This document shows positions 49,896 through 59,819 of a stretch of DNA of 64,000 nt, in pieces. The translations under genes were made by a program, and so were the position numbers. The stretch is from an uncultured Candidatus Saccharibacteria bacterium. GTDB taxonomy: Bacteria > Patescibacteriota > Saccharimonadia > Saccharimonadales > Saccharimonadaceae. The DNA is taken from contig CANENS010000001.1 of the NCBI GenBank assembly GCA_947428935.1, positions 29,965-93,964 on the forward strand, written 5' to 3'. The notes under the pieces were generated by a model that saw only the letters and a program-made list of their open reading frames with translations, was not told the origin of the DNA and made no database searches. The stretch's first letter is position 1; each line of letters begins with the position of its first letter.

Positions 49896-50061
49896 AGTAG
49901 TATTATACCATAGAAATTTAAGATGCCCTTAATTGATAAGGCATTATATCCAAGAGTCCCTGATTAGGATGGTTAATCCATAAAGTATCGGTAAAAGTTG
50001 CGCCTTCACAGTGGTATCATAGCACAAGAACGAGTTCTATCTATAAGATCTCGATTTTTTA

Positions 50062-50436
50062 TCAACTTCCTTCATTTATTAAGCAGCTAAGCCACATGAT
50101 GATTCCGATTATGGTTGGTGTGAGGCAAAGGATGATTCCTGCGATGAGGACGATATTCGTTTTTCGGTTAAAATCGTTTTTGCGAAGCCGAATATGCTGC
50201 ACTATTCCGATTAAGGCAAAAAGGATTCCGACTGGTATATGTATAGTGATAAACGAAACTGCGAAAGAAAATGCCATACCGAGCCCGCCAATTGGGCTGA
50301 AAGCGAACCCCAGCACAGTTAATAAGGTGTTAGCCACGCCAACAACGAATGTGGCTTTAACATGATTTGGTGTTTCTGTAGAATTTCCGTTCTGCTTTGG
50401 CAATAATTTTTCTTGATTTCTGTTTTCAGTTTTCAT
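50062..50436 (-). CDS. Small membrane protein (3 TM)
   Basis: 124-aa ORF with hydrophobic helices, directly downstream of the 750-aa gene. Confidence 0.65.
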   Translation of the reverse strand: MKTENRNQEKLLPKQNGNSTETPNHVKATFVVGVANTLLTVLGFAFSPIGGLGMAFSFAVSFITIHIPVGILFALIGIVQHIRLRKNDFNRKTNIVLIAGIILCLTPTIIGIIMWLSCLINEGS

Positions 50437-50447
50437 AATAATTTTAT

Positions 50448-52700
50448 CTATAATGATACTACGATATTGCGAAGCTGCTTCTTAGTGAGGTTGTCGTTCT
50501 TGGAGCTGATTTTGTAGAGGATGCCGGCGTTGACCCAAGCGGCATCAGAGCCTGAGATGTAGATTGTGATCCCCTGTTCGTGGGTGGTGGAATATTTGTC
50601 GCCCCAAGTCGGTTTGACGAAATTTCGCTCAAGCGCCACGCTATCCCATGAGGATTTTTCTTCGATCAGGATGAAGCTGGCGTCGTCGGGCCCTTTAAAA
50701 TTCATGCTAATTTTTCCATCTTCAGAAGCAACATCGCCCAGCGAATAACCGCGTGGAACATAGGATGGATAGGAAGCTTCGATGCCGGTTTGCATAGCAG
50801 CGACGCGTACGGAAATATCGGGCATATTGGAACTTACCAAGTAGAAAAAGGCACCTACGCAAGCTGTGGCACAACCAAAAGCGATTAAAAAACGTTTGCC
50901 ACCGCCTTTTTTGTGATTACGTTCTACTTCTCTTTTCTTTTGACTGCGGACTGAGTCGGCTGGCGAATCATTCATGGTGGCGACGGAACGCATAGTTTGC
51001 CGCAGCGCGCGTTCACGATCGGCAGCGGTCTTCTGACCCGTCGATCGCTTCTTAGTAGCCGTCGGACGCTGCATACTTTTTGATTTCGTCGGTATTGCTT
51101 GGTTGCGAGCAAGTATAGCTTGACGATTGTTAGCTGATAATGCCAGATTAGAATTATTATTGATGCGGCTGGCTGCCATGGCCTTGGCAGAGGAACGTGT
51201 AACTTTTGCGGCTGCGCGCGTGGCGCCGCGCGAGAGAGTAGTTCTATTGGGTTTAGTAGCTGGCTTTGGATTATTTTTCACACTGACTGAAGTTGTTTTT
51301 GTATTAGCGGCAGCTGCTTCTTTGCGCTCGATTGCTTCTTTGACGCTGGTCGATTTCATGGCGACACTAACGAATTTATCGATTGTATCGCTTAATTCTT
51401 GAATTTCTGGCGCGGTAGATTCAGTCCGAATTTTTTCTGAAAAAGCCTTGAGTGAAGTGATTTGTTCGGCGATATCGTTCGGATCGTTGGCTAGATGAAT
51501 GGCAGCGATCGCATCGGCAGCGGTGCGCGCGATTTCTTCTACCGAGGATGGAGAATGTTGGGCGTGACCGATCGCGAGATTAAGATTGTTCGGCTCACTT
51601 TCGTTTGGTTCAGACATGGCATATCCTTGATAATTATTACCATATTCAGCTACTGACGCGCCGAGGCTAGCAGCAGCGTAATCGGCGGCAATATTCATTG
51701 CGAGTTCGGATTGATCCATTACATGCTGACTATTTTCTGTGGCTTCTGAAACGGCGACCGCTGCGGCTGGAGCCATGTCCATAACGTCGCTAGCGGCTAC
51801 TCCGTTCATAGGTGTATAGTATTCTGATGTTTCGGATGTTGGCAGATTGCAAGTACTTTCGTTTGGAGTAGTAGGATCTTGCATTGAATTATTAGTAAAG
51901 GTGCTGTCACCAATTTGCTCGCTGTAGTAGCTATCTTTATTGTAAGCGTTTTCTGTCGGTAGGGCGTCGCCTGGGGTTTGCATTGCGTAACTGGAGTAAT
52001 TGGAGTAATTGGGGTTTGTTGCTTCAGGAGTCGGAACCTGGTGTGTCATCCTGGCTGCACTCATAGTATAGGCCATGGCTTCGGCTTCGTGGTCGATGCT
52101 GGGGGTGTCTAGTTCTGCTGGTGTGCGAGTTTCGGATCGGGGCGCCGAGGCTTGCGTTTCTGGGCTTGTAATGGATGGAGGGGCTAAGGATGGAGCAGTA
52201 AGCGCAATCGGACTTGCTGCCTCGTTTTGGTCTTGAAAATTATCGCCCCTGGTTTGCGGTAGGTCAAAATTATTTTGTGCTTCTTCGGATTTCTCGTTTG
52301 AGGTGAAATCGATCGTAATACTCTCTTTTTGGCTATCCTCTCCTCCCATTTCGATAACGTTAGAAAAAACTGTGATTGGTTTCGAGGTTGTTTTGTTCTT
52401 TTTGATTTTTGGCGATTTTGCTTTTGCTTCTTGTAGAACACGGTTTTTAGCGCGTTGGGCGGCTTCCAACTCAACACGGCGGACGCCTAAATTGACTAAA
52501 CGCGAAGGAGCGCTCTGAACAGCTTTGATGGCTGCAGCTTTTTCGGCTTCTCGCGCTGCCTCTTCGATGGCCAGATTGCCTGGACGATGGACATAACGCC
52601 GATCCAGCGTCATTGAAGCCTGGGTTAAACGATGAGTAGCTGAACTAGAGCGACCAACTTCATAGTTTTGTTTACTCATTGATTTTTTTGATTCCTCCAT
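50448..52700 (-). CDS. Large low-complexity protein with TM and DUF4367-like C-terminal domain
   Basis: TLDRRYVHRP N-terminus; S/A/T/E-rich middle; PSYVPRGYSL..AAWVNAGILY C-terminus. Confidence 0.75.
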   Translation of the reverse strand: MEESKKSMSKQNYEVGRSSSATHRLTQASMTLDRRYVHRPGNLAIEEAAREAEKAAAIKAVQSAPSRLVNLGVRRVELEAAQRAKNRVLQEAKAKSPKIKKNKTTSKPITVFSNVIEMGGEDSQKESITIDFTSNEKSEEAQNNFDLPQTRGDNFQDQNEAASPIALTAPSLAPPSITSPETQASAPRSETRTPAELDTPSIDHEAEAMAYTMSAARMTHQVPTPEATNPNYSNYSSYAMQTPGDALPTENAYNKDSYYSEQIGDSTFTNNSMQDPTTPNESTCNLPTSETSEYYTPMNGVAASDVMDMAPAAAVAVSEATENSQHVMDQSELAMNIAADYAAASLGASVAEYGNNYQGYAMSEPNESEPNNLNLAIGHAQHSPSSVEEIARTAADAIAAIHLANDPNDIAEQITSLKAFSEKIRTESTAPEIQELSDTIDKFVSVAMKSTSVKEAIERKEAAAANTKTTSVSVKNNPKPATKPNRTTLSRGATRAAAKVTRSSAKAMAASRINNNSNLALSANNRQAILARNQAIPTKSKSMQRPTATKKRSTGQKTAADRERALRQTMRSVATMNDSPADSVRSQKKREVERNHKKGGGKRFLIAFGCATACVGAFFYLVSSNMPDISVRVAAMQTGIEASYPSYVPRGYSLGDVASEDGKISMNFKGPDDASFILIEEKSSWDSVALERNFVKPTWGDKYSTTHEQGITIYISGSDAAWVNAGILYKISSKNDNLTKKQLRNIVVSL

Positions 52701-52838
52701 CGTGTTTTTGCTTGCTACTATTATAACTGCAAGCGCGTTCGAAAAGCAAGGGGCTTTTCGATTGATTTGCCGCGCAGGCTGTGGAAAACTTTAGTTTGTT
52801 TTTTTGAAAAGAAAGTTTTATTTCGACCCTATCTTCTC

Positions 52839-52946
52839 ATTATAGCACACTTTTCATTTTTTGTCCAGACTTCGTACACTAAATTTGTTCAGTTTTGGTG
52901 GTTTTTCGAGAAAATGTTGTATTTTTAACAACAAGAGTATTGACAA
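52839..52946. promoter_or_regulatory. Divergent promoter module copy D
   Basis: Same boxes as the other copies; a cassette fragment starts 23 bp after TTGACA. Confidence 0.7.
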
Positions 52947-52968
52947 GCGTAAATTTGGTGCTTTATGT

Positions 52969-53016
52969 TTTCGCAGTGAAGATCTTCATATCGCGGATGA
53001 CCAACTGAGAACCATT
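52969..53016 (+). repeat. VR-like cassette 11 (5' fragment), convergent with cassette 12
   Basis: TTT CGC AGT GAA GAT CTT CAT ATC..CTG AGA ACC ATT (FRSEDLHIADDQLRTI) aligns with cassette 10 FRSGNVNVDRGLLRNI. Confidence 0.5.
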
Positions 53017-53057
53017 ATGAGTTCATGCCTATACAAACAAATATGCTTTTGCTATAC

Positions 53058-53259
53058 ATTATTACTGTCTAGCTAGACAGCGGAGGGGGAAGCTGAAGTA
53101 GCGATTGCTGTTGTCGGACGGGTTGACGCCAGACGCATTGAAGGCGAGGTTGTATGCGCTATTAATATTAGATGAAATAGTTCTCGATGACCATCCGTAA
53201 CCGCCGATGCCAGAGGCCCACAAACGACCGCTATTGATATGGACGTACCCGCTGCGAAC
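53058..53259 (-). repeat. Orphan DGR-VR-like cassette 12 (intact, type A end, most AAY-rich)
   Basis: VRSGYVHINSGRLWASGIGGYGWSSRTISSNINSAYNLAFNASGVNPSDNSNRYFSFPLRCLARQ*; ~80% nt identity to cassette 6 by hand count. Confidence 0.92.
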
Positions 53260-53323
53260 GTATCCGAATATGTGCTTTTGTGTTATGCAAAATATTTATG
53301 ATATAATTAGAGTATCAAGGTAG

Positions 53324-54619
<1,296 letters not shown>

Positions 54620-54667
54620 TCTAGGAGAAACGCTCTCGGATCTTGACAGAATACATCGACAAAAAAC

Positions 54668-54689
54668 AGTCCCAACCAAGGTTGGGACT
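54668..54689. terminator. Hairpin AGTCCCAACC-aa-GGTTGGGACT
   Basis: Same stem as 24668; between convergent eno and the orphan ORF. Confidence 0.75.
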
Positions 54690-54701
54690 AATAGGCGTCT
54701 A

Positions 54702-54995
54702 TTAGTAGCGGTCACATAATGCCGAGCTATGTCTCCGTAGCTCCTCTGAGTGGTCGACCATGGCTTGTGTCGTACTACACAGTATTTCGCTGTGTTCGCT
54801 CATTTGTTGAGCCATAGTACTCATCATCTGGGTATGCCGATCTAAGGCCTCGGTTAGTGCAATTACAGCGGAGATACCCCCGCACCCTAAGACTTCGTTG
54901 AGTCCCGAGAGAGCTCTGCCACGTTCGCTCTCCAGAATGTCGTTTAGTCTTCTCAACTCTTCGGCCAAGTTGGCCTTTTTTTCAGAATATCCCAT
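54702..54995 (-). CDS. Orphan coiled-coil protein with His-led heptads
   Basis: GGAGGG RBS; HTQMMST-MAQQMSE-HSEILCS-TTQAMVD-HSEELRR-HSSALCD. Confidence 0.65.
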   Translation of the reverse strand: MGYSEKKANLAEELRRLNDILESERGRALSGLNEVLGCGGISAVIALTEALDRHTQMMSTMAQQMSEHSEILCSTTQAMVDHSEELRRHSSALCDRY

Positions 54996-55248
54996 CTTTC
55001 CCTCCATTTTTCTAAATAAACAGCAGTTTCGGTACACTAGAGTGACGATCCGATTCTCGTTTTCTAAGTCGCCTATGCTAATGTACCTAAGGATAAGCCT
55101 TATAATTCCATTGTAGCATACTTTGTTGAAAAAGTCAATACTTTTTATGTACTTTTATGAAAAAATACTATTTTTAACCTAGAATATTATGTTTTTTGCA
55201 AGGGGCTGGATTTGCATATTCTAGGGATTTTATGTTACAATATGGAAT

Positions 55249-56268
55249 ATGAAGAAGATTTTGGCGGTTTCGGGCGGGGTGGATTCGATGGTGATGTTGG
55301 ATATTATGCGGAAAGTGGAGCGTCTCACGATAGTCGAGCAGTGGTGTGATTTAGAACATTTTGGCTGCACACAACCACGGTTTACGGTGGCGACTTTCGA
55401 CCATCGTACGCGTGAATCCAGTAGTGAAGATGTGGATTTTGTAATAAAAACTTTGCGAAGACTGCATATCTATTTTGTGTCGGCGAGGCGGAAGGACGAA
55501 GGGCCGATTTCGGAGGCGAAAGCGCGAGAGATTCGGTATGAATTTTTGTATAATGAAGCGCGAGAGTTGGCGAATCCAAATGTTTTAATCACGGTGCGGG
55601 AGGATTATGATGCGAGTCGGATTCCGAAAACCGATGAAGGGATCGAAATTTATACGGCGCATCATTTGGATGATTTGGTAGAAACGGTGGCGATTAATTT
55701 GCTACGCGGCACGGGCTGGCGGGGGCTGGCGGTGTTGGATACACCATGGGTGCGACGGCCGTTTTTGGAACCAGAACTCTTGACCTATACGACTGTTAGT
55801 GGTGAAGCGGGGGTTTTTGTGAAGCCGTTTGATAGAAAACAGATTTTGCGTTATGCGGCGGAGCATGGAGTGATTTTTCGACAGGATCCGACCAATACCT
55901 CGATTCAATATTTACGCAATCGTTTGCGACGGAAATTAGCTAATTTTGACTCAAAAATGCAGATTTATTACTTGTGGCAGCGGCAAAAGGAACTGAAGCG
56001 CAAAATTGACCAAATTGTAGCAAAGTTGCTTCCGCCGGAGGATGATCCTTGTGAACGAGAGTGGTTTCGGGCATTAGAAAAGCAAGAAATGGGTGAAAAA
56101 ATTGCGTTAGAGCTTTTGCGAGCATGGCTATTGCGTGCGGAAATTTCCGCAACCAGGCCGCAAATCAAACGGTTTTACCAGGCGATTTTAACTTATCAAC
56201 CGGGAAAGAAATTTAATTTGCCGGGAGACAAAATGGCAGTAATTACTAAAAAATACGTTTGGCTTTAG
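55249..56268 (+). CDS. tilS: tRNA(Ile)-lysidine synthetase
   Basis: LAVSGGVDSM PP-loop, TAHHLDD..ET, RGTG, DPTN..YLRNRLR. Confidence 0.92.
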   Translation: MKKILAVSGGVDSMVMLDIMRKVERLTIVEQWCDLEHFGCTQPRFTVATFDHRTRESSSEDVDFVIKTLRRLHIYFVSARRKDEGPISEAKAREIRYEFLYNEARELANPNVLITVREDYDASRIPKTDEGIEIYTAHHLDDLVETVAINLLRGTGWRGLAVLDTPWVRRPFLEPELLTYTTVSGEAGVFVKPFDRKQILRYAAEHGVIFRQDPTNTSIQYLRNRLRRKLANFDSKMQIYYLWQRQKELKRKIDQIVAKLLPPEDDPCEREWFRALEKQEMGEKIALELLRAWLLRAEISATRPQIKRFYQAILTYQPGKKFNLPGDKMAVITKKYVWL

Positions 56269-56516
56269 TATTTTGTGTTTTAAGGTCCCTTAGGGCCTCT
56301 AGGAGAGATTTTGGGGTAGAAGTGGGGTGTGACAGCGCTTTTGATTCAGCGTGGCTACTGGTGATTTTAAGCTTATTCTGGGCGATAAATGTGGTTACTA
56401 GGTGGATTTTTAGCATTTTTTCGGAGTTTTGGACCGCTATTTTTATCCAAGATTTGAGCATTTTCTGCGAAAAAGGCGATTTTTGAATCAAAAATGCTTG
56501 GATTTGAAAATTTAGG

Positions 56517-57458
56517 CTATTTTACTTGATTGTAGCGACTGAGTACTAGAAATAGTGCTAAAATTGCGGCCAATAGGGTTAAGCTGATGATGAGGATTAG
56601 AGGTAGGAAATCGGAGTATTTTTCGGCGGTGACAATAGTATTCTTTTGATAATCGGCTTGGAAGGCGCCGGTGGAGCTGGCGTTGGTTGAACCCAGGAAA
56701 TTGATGCCAGAACCGACTGAGTGCTGGTCTTCGGAGCTACCGAGCGCGGGGATGTCGACGGTTGGTGAAGTTTCGTTATCGGAGGAGGCGGATGGGCTGT
56801 ATAAGAGCGGATAGATTAATAATTCTATGGTCAGGCTGCCCACATTTCCATCTTGATCTTTGGCTTTGAAGATGATAATTTGGGTGCCGGTTTGTCCGAG
56901 ATTTGGTTTAGGCTCGAAGCTGAAATTTTCGTCATTAAGCGTGATTTTGCCATCTTCAAGGTCGGTAGCAGTAATTAAACTTGAGAAATCAATATTGGAG
57001 TCGATTGGATATGAGTTTTGGCCATGATATTGGAGTTGCGGTGCGCTTCCCCGCTCTAGTTGTTGGATAAAATCACGGTAGGGCGTCTGTTGGCTGGTAG
57101 AAAGTTGCCGATATAGCGCAAGGATTTCGGATTTGGCTTTTTGGTCGAGCTTTTTATTTTCTAAAATCGAGCTGGGCGTATTTTGGCGATATTGTTCGAT
57201 ACGCTGAGTGATAGTTTGGGCGCTGGTTTGTAATTTTTGATTGTCTGAGGCGCTTTCCGGATCGTTCAGATTAGTCACGTTTTCAAAATCGTCGGGCGTA
57301 AAGTATGATTCGGAAAGATTGGCAGCTTGATGATCGAGGAAAAGATAGCACGAAAAACTAGAAATCCCAAAAAGCGAAAGCAAAATAAAAACGATTTGCT
57401 TACGGCGCATAATGTAGTCTAATATTTTAATCATATAATATATATAACGCTTCGGCAA
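56517..57458 (-). CDS. Surface protein with N- and C-terminal TM helices
   Basis: Hydrophobic termini; central Ig-like stretch (GTQIIIFKAKDQDGN). Confidence 0.7.
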   Translation of the reverse strand: MPKRYIYYMIKILDYIMRRKQIVFILLSLFGISSFSCYLFLDHQAANLSESYFTPDDFENVTNLNDPESASDNQKLQTSAQTITQRIEQYRQNTPSSILENKKLDQKAKSEILALYRQLSTSQQTPYRDFIQQLERGSAPQLQYHGQNSYPIDSNIDFSSLITATDLEDGKITLNDENFSFEPKPNLGQTGTQIIIFKAKDQDGNVGSLTIELLIYPLLYSPSASSDNETSPTVDIPALGSSEDQHSVGSGINFLGSTNASSTGAFQADYQKNTIVTAEKYSDFLPLILIISLTLLAAILALFLVLSRYNQVK

Positions 57459-57522
57459 TTGATATAATATATGTTATATCAAAAATAGTGAGAAAAAGCA
57501 ATTTACTATTGCATATGCTATA

Positions 57523-58044
57523 ATGATTATGCAAAAAAGAGTGCGACGTAGAAAACGAGAACAGCCGAAAGATGCGGTCGAGTGCTTAGTTGATTGTGTT
57601 TGTAATTTTTTGGGCCTGGCAAAGCATAAAATTTTTTGGCGCCAGTTTACTAAGTTTGCGATCGCGGGTGTTTTTAATACGGTCATTGACTGGTCGTTGT
57701 TTTATGTTTTAACTGGTTTTACGGGGTTGAATCCGTTAATAGCAAATGTTATTTCTTATACGGTGGCCATGATTTATAATTTTTTCGCTAGTACGCGTTT
57801 TGTCTTTCGAACTACGAAGCAAAAAACGCAGCGGCGCTTGTTTGCTGAGTTTGCGGTTCAAAATGCTTGCGGATTTTTGATTTCAGAAGGTTTGCTATAT
57901 GTTTTGATCGAACGCATGGGATTGCATGGTATGTTGTCGAAAATGATAGCGACAGGTGTGGTAATGATCTTTGATTTTGTGAGTAGAAAATTGATTTTGG
58001 AGGACCGGCCAAAACATCGAAAAAGCTGTAAGAGTAAAGTCTAG
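57523..58044 (+). CDS. GtrA-family flippase-like protein
   Basis: QFTKFAIAGVFNTVIDW..FVF; 4 TM. Confidence 0.85.
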   Translation: MIMQKRVRRRKREQPKDAVECLVDCVCNFLGLAKHKIFWRQFTKFAIAGVFNTVIDWSLFYVLTGFTGLNPLIANVISYTVAMIYNFFASTRFVFRTTKQKTQRRLFAEFAVQNACGFLISEGLLYVLIERMGLHGMLSKMIATGVVMIFDFVSRKLILEDRPKHRKSCKSKV

Positions 58045-58151
58045 AAGTTGCCGTCGTAGCTCGTGAGAACATGATATAATGGAGATGTAACCATGAAGTG
58101 ATTCAAGGTATAATCTATGCTAATATAGAAAAATGTGTTATAATTTTGAAA

Positions 58152-59690
58152 ATGGCAAAGAAAAAACAGATTCAACAGATTGGATTTGAACAGCATAAGC
58201 GGCGGCGCAAGAAAAAACAGCTGGTCAAGGTGTTGGTGGCTGAGATTTCCATGGTGCTGGCTGTGGCGGTGATTGTGGTTATAGCGTTGCTCTCGACCAT
58301 GGGTTTTTTCGTGAGTTCGGATGGCAATATTGAACAATCTGGCTTAATTCAGATTCATTCCCTGCCAACGGGTGCTTCGGTGGAGATTGATGGTGACACT
58401 TTGTTCTTCCGGACCAACGTCAGCCGCACTTTGCCTTCGGGCGATCATTATATTCGTTTGAGTCGGGAGGGCTATGACACTTGGGAAAAGAATGTAACGA
58501 TGTATCCAGGAATTTTGATTCGTTTGTATTACCCGCGGTTGTTTTTGCAAGATCGCAAAACCGAAAAAGTGGCACAGATTGATGCTGAACTGGCTTTCTA
58601 CTCGGCCTCAAATGACCGCACCAGTGCTCTATATGCCGAAGTTGGTGCGGTGGAGTGGCATTTTTTGAATTTAGAAGGCGATGAAGTGCGCTCGGCAGAT
58701 TTGGATTTGTCGGAAATTTTACCGGGTATAGAGGAAGGTAAATTTATGGGCGAAGTGAAGACTTTGAAATGGAGCGGCGATGGCGATCATGCTTTGATTC
58801 AAATTCAACACGATTCCGAAAAAGAATGGATCCTGCTCAATCTAAAAGATTTGAAAAATAGTCTGAATTTGACTAAAGTGTTCGGTATGAATTTTGATGA
58901 AGTTTTGATTGCGGATGGGGCAGCTAACCGGCTTTTTGTATTGGAAAATCATCACGTGCGGCGTATCAATACGGATGATCAGGCGATCTCGCGAGTGCTA
59001 CTGAACGATGTTTTGAGCATAAATAATAGTGGGTCGAATTTGATTTATACTTCGGTGACGACCAAGGACAGCTTGGACAAAGCGCAGCACGTTGGAGTTT
59101 ATCGTGATGGTGATAAGGGCGGCACTACGATCGCGACGGTGCCGATGGGTGATCGGCTACTGGTCGCGATTTCGAGCTACTACGATAATAATTATTTGAC
59201 TTTGGTAGTAAACGATGAGATGACCATTTATTATGGTAAGTTGCCGGTTTATAATGAAAAAGAATCTGCGGATAAAAATATTTTGGAAAACTTTACGGTT
59301 TTAGTTGAAAATCAGAAATTGGCCGTAACGCCGGAACGACTGAATACTAGCCCGGGTGGCGAATATATAGTGGCGCGTAAAGAAAAACAGTTTATGGTGG
59401 TAGATGCGGAGACTGGCGCTTTACATGAATATGAGGCGCCGACGGAGAGTTTGAATTGGCTGGATGATAGTATGGTTTATGCCGTGTTGGACAATGAGCT
59501 GAAAGTGTGGGATTTTGACGGCACCAATCAGCGCGTGGTGGTTTCGCGCAAAAAAGCGGTGGCCGATACTGAAAATGCGCAGACGCTGGCAAAGCAACCA
59601 GTAATGATTACGAATAATAACAAATGGCTTTATTATCTTACACGTGCGGAAAAAGGTTATTCGATTTTGCGTGAACAAATTCGCGATTAA
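58152..59690 (+). CDS. PEGA-domain membrane-anchored protein with propeller-like C-terminus
   Basis: SLPTGASVEIDG..LPSGDHYIRLSREGY..W PEGA motif. Confidence 0.8.
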   Translation: MAKKKQIQQIGFEQHKRRRKKKQLVKVLVAEISMVLAVAVIVVIALLSTMGFFVSSDGNIEQSGLIQIHSLPTGASVEIDGDTLFFRTNVSRTLPSGDHYIRLSREGYDTWEKNVTMYPGILIRLYYPRLFLQDRKTEKVAQIDAELAFYSASNDRTSALYAEVGAVEWHFLNLEGDEVRSADLDLSEILPGIEEGKFMGEVKTLKWSGDGDHALIQIQHDSEKEWILLNLKDLKNSLNLTKVFGMNFDEVLIADGAANRLFVLENHHVRRINTDDQAISRVLLNDVLSINNSGSNLIYTSVTTKDSLDKAQHVGVYRDGDKGGTTIATVPMGDRLLVAISSYYDNNYLTLVVNDEMTIYYGKLPVYNEKESADKNILENFTVLVENQKLAVTPERLNTSPGGEYIVARKEKQFMVVDAETGALHEYEAPTESLNWLDDSMVYAVLDNELKVWDFDGTNQRVVVSRKKAVADTENAQTLAKQPVMITNNNKWLYYLTRAEKGYSILREQIRD

Positions 59691-59819
59691 AGATATTTTA
59701 AAATTCGTAACTGCAGAATTTGATAATACTTATGTTTATGTAGTACGCATTGACTTTTGTACTGCCGCGTGATAGAATGACCTATATCGTAGGTCGAAAA
59801 GTTGAGGAGCGAATGAGAC

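Noticed and set aside
6040-53259. Interpreting the repeats as a CRISPR array or a MITE/IS
   Set aside because: Copies are dispersed, there is no repeat-spacer periodicity, no cas or transposase gene, and no target-site duplication was visible
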